Positions 12,584-26,310 of a stretch of DNA of 64,000 bases are shown here, piece by piece (position 1 is the first letter of the stretch; every line of letters begins with the position of its first letter). The notes below the pieces were generated by a model, which did no database searches, had not been told where the DNA came from, and worked only from the letters and a program-made list of their open reading frames with translations. The translations under genes and the position numbers were made by a program. Origin of the DNA: Mobula hypostoma (taxonomy: Eukaryota); contig NC_086097.1 of assembly GCF_963921235.1 (NCBI RefSeq), positions 59,212,001 through 59,276,000 on the forward strand, written 5' to 3'.

Positions 12584-15500
12584 CTGAGTAAAAGGTAACA
12601 GGTTTGGAGGGGCAGAACTAAACTACCACCAAGTTTCAGCATTTTACCTTAATCATGCTGATCGCTGTATCAACTCAATATAATACTGAAATCTGGTTGA
12701 TATATCAGTACTGTTGTCTTGTTAACTACACAATTTACCACCACTAAAGTGAATTAAAATTTACAATTATTATTGTTAAAAATGCTGTAAGGGAAGGGAA
12801 AATCTGGTCTGGCCTTTGAATTTGTTTGCTAATGGTTAAATTAAATTATTTAAAGAACCGTATCTGAGGCAGTAGACTAGATAAACTCACAATACCATAA
12901 CAGTATATTGCACATCTATGGAATGGAATTAGTTCTGCAATGTTAGCTGTTTCAACTTAGATCCTGAAAAAACAAAGTTAGGAAAGTTTCAAGACATGCA
13001 TTATTTACATGCATCGAATGCAATAACATAATGTGAAAGGAGAACAGGTCCATTAATGCTTATCATGTGCACAATTTTCTCCAAACTCCAGCAGTGCCAA
13101 TTCCTGGAGGAGTCACATAGTTCATCTTCATCAGATGTCTTACCCATAAAGGAGAACTTGGATATAAATAATGCTATAACCAATCTTTGTAAGGAAACGT
13201 GATAAATACTTGCATCTGCATTATTAATTTCAGCCAAAATAATTTCCTGGTGTCTGTATTGAACAAATTGCAAATATTCCTAATGATATGGTAATTTCAA
13301 GTTAATAAATGGATTCCATTTTATCCATCTGATCAGATCCCTTGCATGAATGGTTTTGCAGTTAATTGTGAATACACTTGCTCTGATTAGATTTCATTCT
13401 ACTCTAGTCAGAAATTGTTGAAACTTTTCACTTTTCTTATTCTGTTATTTAGGAGCAGCATATCACACCTTGATATTTAATGCCATTATATATGGCTAGT
13501 GAAATTCCTTCTAACAATCAGCTGTAAATACCCACTTGGTGCATATGTCATTCTGGCACTTTGCATTCTGGCATGATAAAGACAGCAGAATTAAAATATA
13601 CTCCGAACAAGAATTTCATGTAATTCCATTTGCCACAAATGCAGTGATTTGGTCCAGTCTTTCAAATAAGCAAATGCCAAATGAAGGCAAATTTTCTCCT
13701 TGAATAACTTGGCACAATTCCACTTGTTGTTTTCCTGCCAATTACTGGACGAAAATCTCCACCTTCCAGTACTGCAGTAATAATAAAAATTTAGCCTTAG
13801 TTTAAAGAACCACTGCATTTTCTGTATTTTTATTGTGATACTGAATTAGAAATACATTGGTCATTAAGTTGTACTTGCAAACCTTTTAAAAAATAGTTCT
13901 TCTTGGTGAAGATGATCTTTACTCAACTGTACATTTTCATGCAAAAATATACAAGTAATTTATGTTCTGTTCAACAACTGTATATAATGATTATTACCCA
14001 GTGTGAACAATTTGTTCTCTCATTACTCAATCACTTCATTCTGAAATAATACTGGGAATTCCAACAGAACATTATTGATGTCAAGATAAACATGGAAAAC
14101 GCTCCTAAAGTTAAATGAATGTCTGACAGTTGTAAAATCAGGCAAACACAAGAGGAAAATGAAAATTATACCAACGGACTGTGGAGCGAGAATGCCATTA
14201 AACAAGATATCAAAAATATATATATAATGGGCTCATTGACCCTTAAACAATAACACTTGCAAACATAACTAAATAAATGCAGTAAGGAAATCCATCATCA
14301 TATAGTTCCAGAAATGTGTAATATATGATTCAAAACCTTCAATTTCAAAAAAACAAGGTAAATGAAATTTGTTTTTTGAATAAATTGTACATTGAAGTAT
14401 TAGATATCACTGCTCTGTAAAAGAGACAAGCCAAAATGATATTGGGATTGTCTCATTTAATATCTGTGGAAGCCCCTGACTGTGTTTGACAGAGTTCCCA
14501 GTTTCAGTTGTGACTGATTCTTGTTATTGGGCCCTGAGAATGAAGCACAAGCTGTTCAGGTATTGATATCAGACTTGCGGCTGGAATGAGCCTAACTCGT
14601 GGCATTTCACTTGATTTTTACAGAATCACTGGATTTATTCCAGCTTTCTATAGCAAACAGTTCTCAGAAATCCACTCACCATCTGCCATTCCACATCTCG
14701 TACAGTCAACCTTTGTTGATCCAAGATGAGACAAAAAAATTACTCTCCCTCTGTAATTATATTTGGTGAATCATATCACTCTTCAATGCTGTATTCCATT
14801 CTTAATCATTCTAATTAAAAAAATTATATCAATCAATCGAACGTTCAGACAGTTCTGAGAATCAAAATATCAGCCAGTAAGGATGCACGCATTTGCAACC
14901 AGACATACCTTACATCAATTTTGAGGTATCCTTTACCCCCATCTGAAGTAGGAGTCAAGCACGATGAATACCCACATATGCGGACTAACATCTGTCTCAG
15001 GTCTAAGTTGTAACATTAAGTATGGTTATATGCAGCCTGCTCCTATATTCTAGTCCTAAGCCCAATCTTCTGATGCAAAATCAGTCGGTGTTCATCTCCC
15101 ACATATTCCAGTGAAGTGGATCACGTGGCCCTTCATTACATTTTTCTGTCCTCTCAGTACTGACTTGTATCTGCATCTAGTTCATAATTCCCATCCCAGT
15201 GTGAATGTGACTCCGACTTGCAGAAATGTGATTGATTCTTAATGGTCATGATAAACCTTGATAAACCTTTTCAGAGGTCACTTAAGTTTAGCAGAAGTTG
15301 TGGCCGGACTATAAAGCATGTCTTATCAGTGACACCCATAACCTGCAATAAGTAAAATAAAATCTTTCATCTAATTAATATCATCAAGGTAAAGTTCTTT
15401 AGTACTTTCCGTAGGAATAAAAGCTGGTTTTGGTAAAAGCGTGATCACTGAGTTTGAGTTATTTGTGACCAATTGATTTTTTCTTATACTGTAACCTTTA

Positions 15501-15744
15501 TATCCACAGTACCAGGCTATAATGTTCTGACAAAACAAGTTTGATAAATAACATCAGCTTATTTCCCCTTAACAAATATTCCGACTAAACTTCAGTACAA
15601 TTTGGTTGCCCAAATATTGTATGATGTATAACACACTATAATTCCTATAAGGAGATGATGTTAGATTTTCCTAGTACTAAAGATAAAAGTAACAAATAAT
15701 GCCTACGCCCAGTCCTCCATTCGAAATGCTGGTTGCTGATGGCT

Positions 15745-16150
15745 CAAAAGAACATAAAAATAGAAACAGGAATAGTTTTTAAAACCTTTCTTGTCTGCTC
15801 CACTGACTGGCCTTCTACCTCAGCAAGATATCCTTCTTTTAACATTCTGTATCTTGACCCCCTATTCATATCAATATCTGTCTTGAGTATACTCAGTAGC
15901 TGAGCCTCCAAAGCTAACTTGGGTAGATAACTCAATGGATTTATTACCCTCTGGATGAATAAACTTCTTGTCATCATGTATTAAAAAGCCAACTCCTTGA
16001 TTTGAGGCTGTGACCTTTCTTCCTGGGCACCACAGCTAGAGAAATAGTCAATTCTGCATCTACCCCGTCAAACCTGAAATATATTTGAAAGGTGTTTCAT
16101 CTTTAATTCTTTGAAACTCAAGAGAACGTGGACCCATTCTCTTCTCCTAC
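15745..16150 (-). mobile_element. Decayed CR1 3' fragment
   Basis: ORF 15744-15977 RSLFIQRVINPLSYLPKLALEA..LKTDID (FFTQRVV..W.LP..VEA..FK..ID-like). Confidence 0.65.
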
Positions 16151-16172
16151 AAGCGCACCATACCAGGACTCA

Positions 16173-16292
16173 GTACCAGCGAATGCTCACTGTGCTAATG
16201 ATACTTCAGATGGAAATTCAGCATGGTTCTGTGTACCAGCGAATGCTCGCTGTGCTAATGATACTTCAGATGGAATTTCAGCATGGTTCTGT
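16173..16292 (+). repeat. Tandem duplication, 2 x 60 bp
   Basis: gtaccagcgaatgctc..gcatggttctgt at 16173-16232 and 16233-16292, 2 mismatches. Confidence 0.95.
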
Positions 16293-16319
16293 ATAATTAA
16301 AGCCAGACTTTTTCATGTG

Positions 16320-16432
16320 GTTTCTGACAAAAAGTCAATGACTTGAAATGTCAACTCTTTTTCTCTCACGACATAATGCCTAACCAGCTGATGGCTTCCT
16401 ACTTTTATTTTGGATTTCCAGCATCCGCAATT
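16320..16432 (+). mobile_element. Degenerate PLE pLTR end (hammerhead remnant)
   Basis: ttctgaca..gaaatgtcaact..ggatttccagcatccgca, homologous to 1757-1880. Confidence 0.6.
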
Positions 16433-17530
16433 TATATTTTACTTATTTTGTTTAGAAATAAATGTCTTTAATAATTTAAAAAAAATTAAGCAGCTAATTT
16501 TAAGCATTATAATAGCTTTAAAAATTCTTAGAAACCTTCACTTTTAGTGTATCTGTTTCAGATATTTAAGTGTTAAAAATACTTCTCAGTTTGAAAGTTG
16601 AAGTTCCTTCATTACTCTGGCCTCCTGTTAAATCTATCTAGAGTAGGACAGTGTACTACTTGAGATACTGCTGAAGCCTCATAATCACTCATCTCCCTCT
16701 CAGGCAGCCTGTTTTATTCTCTGCACAAGATGGAGGTAAATATAAGCAGCTGAGTCTGTGTTTTGATGAGCTAAGTTCATTTCAACTTGGCCAGAAAATC
16801 AAACAAATCCAGCCCTAAAGGAAATCAGACATAAAATAGTTTCTAGGAACTTATGAGGGCTCCTTAGTAACTATCTGGTAAGCACTGCACAAAGGGAATG
16901 CACTTTGACTATTTGCTTCCTTCCCAAATGATTTCCCTGGATGAAGCATAGAACTGTATAAGCGTATTATCATCTCCTCCTTCTTTATACACTAGCATTT
17001 GTCTATTCAAAAAATCCCCTTAATATATAAAATAACATGAATGTCATTGTGTCTTGGATATAATTCTGGTGTTATAATTAAAAGGTGAAAGGATTTATGA
17101 GCATATTCTGAAGGAGATGCACACATTAATGGTCTGAAAACATCAGAAGACCTTTGAATTCAGCTATTGAAATTCATCTTGTTTCAAAGGAAAATTTGGA
17201 CCACAGTTAATCAGTATGGCAATTACTTTCAGAAACATTGCAAATTATGTATTATTCATGCCCCTCTTCAAACTGCATTGTTTGGAAACATTTTTTTGAC
17301 TGATATCAATATACGTGCTTCTTGTGAATAATAAGTTCAAAGCATTGTAAATACAAAGAAGTGTTAAGCAAAGTTCACTTTGAACAAAACAGTAGTCACA
17401 CAGTGTTACAGAAGGATTGTTTTCATTAAGTTCAAATCAATTTGTGACAGAATCTTTTGACCCAACACTAAAGAGAATAACATATGCAATTGAAAGCAAA
17501 TTACATCCTTTCCTGTATCAGTATGGTAAA

Positions 17531-17827
17531 CATAAAGGCATCCGTTAGTCTTGCGAGACCATGGATCTGCGCCTGGAAAGTCTTCACTCTCCAGGGCGCA
17601 GGCCTGGGCAAGGTTGTATGGAAGACCAGCAGTTGCCCATGCTGCAAGTCTCCCCTCTCCACAACACTGATGTTGTCCAAGGGAAGGACATTAAGACCCA
17701 TACAGCTTGGCACCAGTGTCGTCGCAGATTAAGTGCCTTGCTCAAGGAAACAACACGTTGCCTTGGCTGGGGCTCAAACTCACGACCTTCAGGTCGCTAG
17801 TCCAATGCCTTAACCACTTGGCCACGT
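17531..17827 (-). mobile_element. Full-length tRNA-derived SINE with LINE-derived tail
   Basis: 10-bp TSD gtatggtaaa (17521-17530 / 17828-17837); minus strand starts acgtggccaagtggttaagg (A box) .. gagtttgagccc (B-box-like), then tccttgagcaaggcacttaa central domain. Confidence 0.88.
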
Positions 17828-18099
17828 GTATGGTAAAGAAAACAGTCCAAACGATGCTTCAAAGAATCAGGAAGTTGCCTTGGTAACATTTAGTGCAATT
17901 GTAAGTACATACTTTTAAAATCAAGAATGACAAAGTATTTTAAGGTTGCTTTAAGAATCATTGTGTAAATTGTTTGAAGAATAAAACTCTTCCAATTACT
18001 AGAAAAATATCAAAATGTAGATAAGAAAAGGAGTTGTAGTAGGTCAAAAAGATTATAATCATAACTGATCTTCTTTAGCTCTATTTTTGTCATTTGAAA

Positions 18100-18515
18100 C
18101 TTATTTACTTACTGCCTGTTATGCTGCTGGTGTTTAAGGCAGCAATGAAGGTCCTCTTTCTCTGGCCATGTTCAGGACTTCCTTCATCACGTCAGCAGCC
18201 TCTTCTCAGTTTTCACTACTGTCAGTCATGCAAGTTCCCCGTGAGACTCAGGAATGCCATTGCACTCTCATGCAGAAGGATTCTTCATTGCTGTTTCCAT
18301 AACAATTTTGTTTTGCCAGTCAGGGTTGTTAGCCCTGAGCTGAACCCCTGCACCTGGACCACTCTTATTCTGGCTTCTATCCTTTGACCTGTTTGACATG
18401 GGAGACCCTACCAAGAGCCAAAGCATAAAGCCCTGATACCAACCAACATAGCTCTCCAGGTCACTAAGGGACCCAAGCCTTCAAACCATGACAAGGTTGT
18501 GATGTTCTTTGAGGA
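18100..18515 (-). mobile_element. RTE-clade-derived non-autonomous element (5' UTR plus 3' tail)
   Basis: ttacttact tail; cagggttgttagccc and cctttgacctgtttgacatgggagaccctacc resemble RTE 5' UTR motifs. Confidence 0.6.
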
Positions 18516-19133
18516 TTAATTAGGAAGTTTCATTCTTATGTCAGTGATGATCAAGGGTACCTCATAATTGTCTGAATATTCTTGTCCATTAATAAATAAC
18601 TATAGAATCTACAGATTTTTATGTGTTTCTATTGTTTGGAATGGGGAATAAATATTTTATTGAAGGTAATCATCTTCAAACTCTCTATGGTACAAATATG
18701 TTTCTAACATCAAACCACATGGATGCTTTTAGTAAGCGAACCTATACTACAAAAAGAAAACATGACTACTATAATTTTATCATAGGGTAAATAATGAGAA
18801 TTGTTGTGAATGATTTCTTACATTTCTTCGAATTGGAGTGTTTCTAAAAGAGTGTCTCCTGCAATAGTATTTAGTTTTTTTGTTTCAAGGGGAAAAATAA
18901 GTATTGTTGCTGAGACACCAGAAGAAAGAATTAGTAACATTTGTTTATAATAATGTTATTTAATGCACACTTGATTCTAAAACAAAACTTGTTAGTTATA
19001 CTTGTTTGATATTTATACTTGTTATTATGAATCTTTTCTAAGAGAAATTTTAAGAACATTTTTAAATAAAATTTTCTTTTGATTGTGTTCACTTGCAGCT
19101 TATTTTCCAGGTCATTGCCAATCCAGACCGATT

Positions 19134-19460
19134 CAGTACACACGATGTCTGATAACCTGGTGCTTGATAACCTGATTATTTGGAAGTCCTAAAGGTTTGG
19201 CATCTGGATCACAATATAATTCTTGCGCTCCTGTTAAACAGAATGGGACCTGATCACAGTGTTCCCTTTAAATAAACTAACATCTCATTTTCAACATGGT
19301 TTAAACTCACTTTTCAACACACGGGGGCTTTGTTGTACATGTTCCCTTTAAAGCTCACTAAGATCCTCTTTCCCACATTTCCTTGAAGCTCGACCTGTTC
19401 TGTTTTCTACACTCCCTTTAAACTCACCAGGGCTCTGTTTACCACACTCCCTTTAAACAT
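19134..19460 (+). repeat. Degenerate tandem array of (t)cccttta aactcac motifs, possibly inside an old Tigger/pogo-like MITE
   Basis: Motif recurs about 6 times at 19225-19460; upstream cagtaca..tctgataacctgg resembles a pogo-type TIR. Confidence 0.4.
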
Positions 19461-22400
19461 ACTTGGCTTACTGTTAAAATAGTATACCACCACGTAGGTT
19501 CTAAAAAGTATGAATATAAAGTATTTACGGATATCAATTGACAGAGTTTTACCCTATTACATAGGAATGGGTCACAGGTTAGCAGGCCTTCTTTTTTTCA
19601 GCTTTTGAGCTCCCTTTTTCAGCCACACTATGCCTTTATTAATTTCAATATTCCCTTGCAAACCCTTCAGTAGTTGCATAGACACCTGAAGAGCAGACTA
19701 TCTGTTGGATGGAAGTGACAACAACTCTGATAGAGGCAGATGCCGAGTTTTTAAGCTCACCAGTGGGAGGTGGTGCTTTAGCACTGCTGGTCCACCACCT
19801 CGCGGGAGTCTTGATCATAAGTGGGCCGAAACTCCTGAAGACAGGTGAAAGATCAACTGATGATCCCACTGGTGATAGCACAGGACAGTTAACATCTTAG
19901 TCCACGTGTATTTTTTAACTCTTTCAACTCCTTACTATATTCATGCAATTAACATCACATGGTGAAGCATGGATTGAAGACAAGATAAGTCTGGATACTG
20001 CCAGTGATGCATGTCTTCACTGGAGAATGCATTCCATAACTTGTGAAAGACTGCGTTGTTCTACAATGGGCATTCTAAGAACTCAGTTTCCTTGCACAAT
20101 GGTTTTCTGATCTATCCTGCATTTATTTCTAAGACTCTTCACCCAAGCGCTGTACAAGGCATTCTGTATCTGCTTGGTTCTGGAGAAGATCTGTATGAAT
20201 GCTCTGATTATTACATCTGTCCATCTAGAGATACTTTCCATTCGCATACAGCATCAGACAAAGCTTAAACATGTAAATTCAAGAAATAACTGATAGCACT
20301 TTATAATAGCTCTCTCATGGTTTTCATTTGCATTGGATTATCTTGAAGCTTCATCCAACTAATTTCAGTCAGTGTAAATACACAGAACACAATTGATGTT
20401 TCCTGTGGTAGACAGTCTGGTGATGTTTGTGAACATATTACGTTTCTAACAATCTTCATTTTCTCATTAATACAAGGTACTAAATCTCCATTTCTTACTT
20501 TTTCTTACAATCCTATTGTAGTAACAAAAGAAAAAGCTGCTTTTTCTACTTCACTTCCTGTTGTCATGGAAACTGCAACTGAATCCGCACTAAATGGAAT
20601 TATACTTCATTATTTAGGTAACCCACTATTATAACTCCCACATAAAATTCTACACCAATAATGAGGATTTCAAATTTAAGTGAGAAGTGTTTCTATGACA
20701 GTTTTGCAATTTTGTGATATATGAACAAAGAATATTTGGAGCTGAATTAGGTCAACTTCACCTTTATACTTTGTTCTCAATGAATACTTTGACAGTAGAG
20801 GGAATACTTGAATTATAAAGGTACGTATATTTCCACAGTTATTTAAAAGTTCCAAAACAATGTCTGAACAATTTCAACACTCTATAATTATTTAAAATTC
20901 TTTTTGGTAAATATTTGTATTCAGTAAGATTGGTAGTAAAGTTAATTCCCAGGGAATATTAAATATTGCTGAGATATAAGATTACATGTAGAATAAAATT
21001 CCTCATGCAGTGATTTGATAATGTATGCCCATTCTTTAAATATATCTTATTTGCATTAGAGAATAACTGATATGGAAAGGATCATGAAATTCTGAGCAAT
21101 TGTATCATTCTGATACCACTTAATGGCTTGTATATATCAAAGGATTCATACAGTAGGATTACAAGTGGTTGTGTTCATTTCAGCAAGGACATTCTGGAGA
21201 AGTTGAATACTTCTTCAACGTTCAGCAGTGCTTACCATTTTTACACATTGTTCGACGGTTACAAATTTTAAACATTAATTGGCGAATACAACACATCGTA
21301 GTCAAATGAAAACTAACTACTTATCTCATTCAGAAAAACAAGAATTGATATTTAATATGAAATAATATCTGCTTCGAGAAAATGCGGATTTGGGATATTA
21401 ACTCATTAATTCTGTATTTGGCAATTTTGTTTGCCATGATGTCTTCATCACTGTATTTTAAGACCATTTTAATGACAATATGGCTTCTTATACATAACAG
21501 TGTGGAGGAGGGACCACCATGGTTCACATATCTAAAAGGTGATTTCTCAGTTGCAAGGTGCTAAAGGAACAAGCACCCTGCATTGGGCAGATATTGAAAA
21601 TAGCATTGTTGTGGCTCTTGGTAACAATGTGAAAGACTCTTACAGACAGTTACAGCATTCCAATGATGATTCTGCAGTAGATTACCAGGACTGGTGAAAC
21701 ATTGGCCTGGCAGAGTTAGAGTGATGGCTTGGTGGACAAAATTTCTGTCTGCTTTCAGGATGATAACCTCACCATAGCCTGCCTGAAATTGCTCTAGCTG
21801 CTGTCTTTTAAAGACCCAGCTCAGTTCGCTGCCAGTCATGCTGAGAGGCTAAAGACCAACAAATCAGGGCTTCTGTGTTCAAAACTACTCAAGATTCCTA
21901 TGTAAGTACATCTGTTCACTTGCCATTGACTTAGCAGTACACCGGAGTACTGGAGCAGTCTCAGGCACTAGAATTGTAAAAGATGAATTATTTGGCAGGT
22001 TGCACATTTTGTCACATTTTACCCCAGGACTTTTCATTTGGCTGGCGTGTTCTGTGTTGGTTTTTACTTTGACAGTGTGGTCAAATGGTTGTTGAGATGA
22101 TGAGCTGAGGAAGGGTGAGAGGCATTCAGATTACATTACAGTTGATTGATGTTTCTGTAGATAGCAGTGTTCGAAACAAGCAGACTTGGTTGCTTCTTTC
22201 CTTTCTTTTCTTTCTTCAAACAGATCCTCATTACAGGGCCATTGACAAAGGCCCTGCTCTCATGCTGACAAAGTTGTTCATTACAGAGCAGACAACCACT
22301 AATCCTGAGCTTAGTCTGCCAAATAATCTCCCCTACAATAGCCCAAATAGGAATATAGTTGTTTAAATATGTTAGCAGTCTGCTTATTTTAACGGACGAT

Positions 22401-22901
22401 GAAAGTGTTGTCACTGCTGCCAAGAAATCAGCCGCTGATCCTCATGACAGATTTCGTAACTTTGATCTTGAGTGGTTGGAGCTCCTTCAGAATGAGGTTA
22501 TGTACGGTGCACACAGTGAAGTATGCACTCAAAGACATTTTGTGGAATGGGAATCCAGCAGTCCTCATGAAGCCATGCACTGTCCTCCCGTTTAGCACCA
22601 TTGACAAAAGGAGAAAATCTCATCTCTCACATCAAAGAGAATCAAAGAATTCCATTATTGTAATAATGGTTTGCAAACAGAGATGTTGGAAAAGTTTCCA
22701 GTTTCAGCTTGGATGGTGGCCAGTTTATGAAAGATTTATATGAAATAGAGGGGTTCTTTCCCTCCTTTGCAATTGCAGTTCTGCTCAGACAGGTGGAAGG
22801 ATATTGATAGATTGTTTTTCATATTAGTGGAAACTCAGGAATTTGTGGTTTGCACGGGAAACTGGTGCGGAGGTAAACAATCAACCATATTCTTATCACA
22901 A

Positions 22902-23030
22902 GCAAGAGAAAAGCTGCAGATGCTGGAAATCCGAGCAGCACACACAAAATGCTGAAGGAACTCAACAGGCCAGGCAGCATCTATGGAAACGAGTACAGTC
23001 AATGTTGCGGGCCGAACCCTTCGGCAGGAA
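22902..23030 (-). mobile_element. Short PLE pLTR-derived element with degenerate hammerhead
   Basis: Minus strand ttcctgccgaagggttcggcccgcaacattgactg..ttccagcatctgcagcttttctcttg. Confidence 0.8.
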
Positions 23031-23894
23031 GGTTTTATTCTTATTGATTGCCGGAGCAGGCACAAGAGATCAAAGGGCTAACATCTGCTTCTGCTTCTCT
23101 TACTCTGCAGTTTTGTTCTGTGTTTGCTTTGTGACTGATTTTCTCACATGCCGAGAAGCCCAGCCACAGACAGTGGCACCTGACATCCACCTTGACGTCA
23201 CATCCAGGATTTTCTTCCACACACATGTGGCCTATGAACGGTGCAGACCACTAGAGGCAGCAGTGAATTTCAGGATCTTGTGGAGACTGCCTGAGGACAT
23301 TCCAACTCATGCGGTCTGCTGCTGAAAATGCACCAGGTACATCTCATATAAATATTGTACTTACCAGGTTCATATGGCAATGGCCCCCCCGCCCCCCCCC
23401 CAATTCCTAGCCAACACCCTGACTACGGAACTGTAAGCCACCATTTACTGACCTATCTAAGAAAGTCTGACCCCTCTACCAGACCCCAGAACAACAACTC
23501 CATGTTCTAATTCCTGAACACTAAATCTCACCTCCAATCCTGTCCTCCAATTCCCCTTCATGATCCTAGCCTGATAGGCTGATCACCCAAGCATAGCTCA
23601 AAGTAACCTACTTCTGATCACAGTCCATCATCTTCCTCTGCTGATCCTACCTCATCCCCAACCCTAGATCTCCCTCGCCAATGAGGCCTGCACCCAATCA
23701 TGCAGTGCCCCACCCAAAATTACTAGTACATCATGTGGTATGCAGTGGTGGGATACTCAAAAGACAAAAAAAAGCCAGACACTAGGCGAGTGCAATAGAA
23801 CAACTTGGGGCTGGTACATCATTAAATTTTGCAGTGGCAGTCCTCAGACGGTTTAGTTGTTGCTCCACTGTGCATGGCTAAAGCACAGAAATTG

Positions 23895-24400
23895 TGCAAC
23901 ACACAGAAAATGTCAGAGGTACACAGCAGGTCAGGCAGCATCTATGGAGGGGAATGAACAGTCGACAATTCAGGCTGAAGCCCTTCATCAGGACTGGAAA
24001 GGAAGGCGGAAGAAGCCATAATAAGAAGGGGGAGGGAGGAGAGAAGGAGTACAAGCTAGCAGGTAATTTCTGAATCAAGGTCAAGGACAAAGTGGGTAGT
24101 GGCGGAGGGGAGTAAAGTAAGAAGCTGGGAGCTGATAGGTTGAATAAGTAAAGGACTGAAGAAGGACGAATCGAATAGGAAAAAATCGTGCACCATGAGA
24201 GAAAGGGAAGGAAGAGGGACATGAGAGAGTAGTGAGTAGAAGGGGTAAGAGGAGAGCTGGAATGGAAAAAGCAGAAATGAGGAGGGGGGAGAATTTACCA
24301 GAAGTTAGGGAGATCAATATTTATGCTATCATGTTAGAGGGTACCCAGACAGAATATGACGTGTTGCCCCTCCAAACTGAGAGTAGCCTCAGGCTGAGAC
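23895..24400 (-). mobile_element. PLE 3' fragment with hammerhead motif (CTGATGA at 23985-23991, minus strand)
   Basis: Minus strand ccagtc-ctgatga-agggcttcagcct-gaattgtc-gactg with 5-bp stem I cagtc/gactg; G/A-rich region is the reverse complement of the 1390-1750 type sequence. Confidence 0.82.
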
Positions 24401-25134
24401 CAATGTTCCCTCTAACTTGTAATGACCAGTGTCCGCAGAAATCTTGTGCTTTGCAATTTTTTACCCAGTGACAACAGCATGTGCCCACTGAATTTTATAT
24501 ATAGAGGTACGCATTTTAACAGCTCCCAAAACACTGTCAATAAGAACTTCGATCATTTTTGCTCTTGTTCACCTGCACTCTTACAAAACATATATAGCAG
24601 CCCTGTAGCAGGTAATGAAGGATTTTGTCACCGGAGGTTTTGAACACCGTCCACATGCGATTTGCTTGTTAAATGACGCTTTAAAAAGTCAAGTTTTCAA
24701 ACATCACTCCACTTCTTCCCACTTGCAAACTCTCCAGCATTGTAACAATACATGCAGATAACACCAGTTTCTGTATTGTACAGAAATATTCCTTGTAACT
24801 GCACATTTCTGACCTCACAAGCTTTCAGTGTAGCAGTTACTACTGTTTCATTAAGCCATTCCACTTTAAATGAACTAGCAGTTCTTTTTTGTTTCACACT
24901 ACTTGGTTCTTTGGAATTCTACATAGTGAATCAATAACTTCTTCAATAAAAACAGTATAAATAAGCTGGTTCTAAAATTTGCAGACTAATCATCGCAAAC
25001 TCCACGATGTCAACACCATCCGCATTGGAGACCGGAGAAGGAAACGTGATTGTGTACGATCGTGAAATACACTTAATGTGCCAATGAGGTGGAGGGCGGC
25101 ATCCTTTTGTGTGCACACCTTAGAGGGGCCGTTT
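24401..25134 (-). mobile_element. Non-autonomous (internally deleted) hAT transposon retaining the N-terminal zinc finger
   Basis: 8-bp TSD gctgagac (24393-24400 / 25135-25142); TIRs caatgttccctctaa / ttagaggggccgttt; ORF 24697-24897 FKVEWL..CMYC..FASG, then past a stop KLDFLKRHLTSKSH. Confidence 0.82.
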
Positions 25135-25399
25135 GCTGAGACGCTCAGCTGACGTTGTCAGATTTCAAACATTATTTGTCCAGATGCAGTTAAAGATGAT
25201 AGTTTCTTTCTACCTTTGGTGCTGTCATTACATTTTGAATCACCCTTCATAAGAAAAGTTATAGTTTTGGCATAAGTTACATTCGGTTACTCGAAGTATT
25301 TCCATATAAATAATCTTACTTGACTACATAGTAGTATAGTGATTGCTTATTGAAGATTGATCCAGTTTTTCTCCACTTTTACTGGATGGCATTCCCAAA

Positions 25400-26310
25400 T
25401 CAGTAAGCCCACTGCTCCACTCTCTCTACACCTATGATTGTGTTGTTAAGCACAGCTCAAACACAAACTTGCTGAAATATATAAACTGGTTAGCAGAATT
25501 TCAGATGGTGATGAGGAGGCGTACAGGAGCGGGATAGATCAGCCGGTTGAGTGGTGTCACAGAAACTTGCACTCAACGTCAGTGAGAACAAGGCACTGAT
25601 TGTGGTCTTCAGGAAGAGGAAAGTGAGAAAATACACACCAGTTCTCATCGAGGGATCAGAAGTGGAAAGGGTGAGCAATTTCATGTACCTGGGTGTCAAT
25701 ATCTCTGCGGATCCATCATGAGCCCAACATATTGATGCAATTACAAATAAGGCAATATTTGATATATCCTGAATTGGTATGTTACCAAAGACATTTACAA
25801 ATCTTTACAGATGTACCGTGGAGAGCATCCTAACTGGTCACATCACCATCTGGTGCAGAGGGGCCACTGCACAGGATCAAAAAAATCTTCAGAAAGTTGT
25901 GAACTCAGCCAGCTCCATCATGGACACTAGCCTCCCCAGCATCCAGGACTCCTTCAAAAGACGATTCTTCAAAAAGGCAGTATTCATCGTGAAGCACCCC
26001 CATCACCAAGAACAAGCCCTTTTCTCATTGCTACCATCAAGAAGGAGGTACAGGAGCTAGAGGTACAAACTCAATGTTCCAGAAACAGCATCTTCCCCTC
26101 CACCATCAGATTTCTGAAAGGACAATGAACCCAAGACAACTACCTCAGTATTTTATTCCTCTTTTTGGACCATTTATATATATTATTTAATGTAATTTAT
26201 AGTTTTTATTATTATGTATTATGGATTGTGATGTACTGCTGCTGCAGAACAACAAATTTCGTGACCTACAGTTTGGCAGTGATAATACACCTGATTCTGA
26301 TTCTGATTTT
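25400..26310 (+). mobile_element. Rex1/Babar-type LINE, RT 3' half plus tail
   Basis: LYTYDC; LYRCTVESILTGHITIW..LFSLLPSRRRYRS (ORF 25779-26060); tail ctgattctgattctgatt. Confidence 0.85.

Noticed and set aside
10510..14205. Minus-strand ORFs 10510-10758, 13001-13273, 13591-13818 as exons of one host gene
   Set aside because: No recognisable domain, inconsistent splice phases, lengths compatible with chance
17750..17827. tRNA gene
   Set aside because: tRNA-like head of a TSD-flanked SINE; acceptor stem and B box degenerate
22843..23325. 160-aa ORF
   Set aside because: Reads through an antisense PLE pLTR copy; no domain signal
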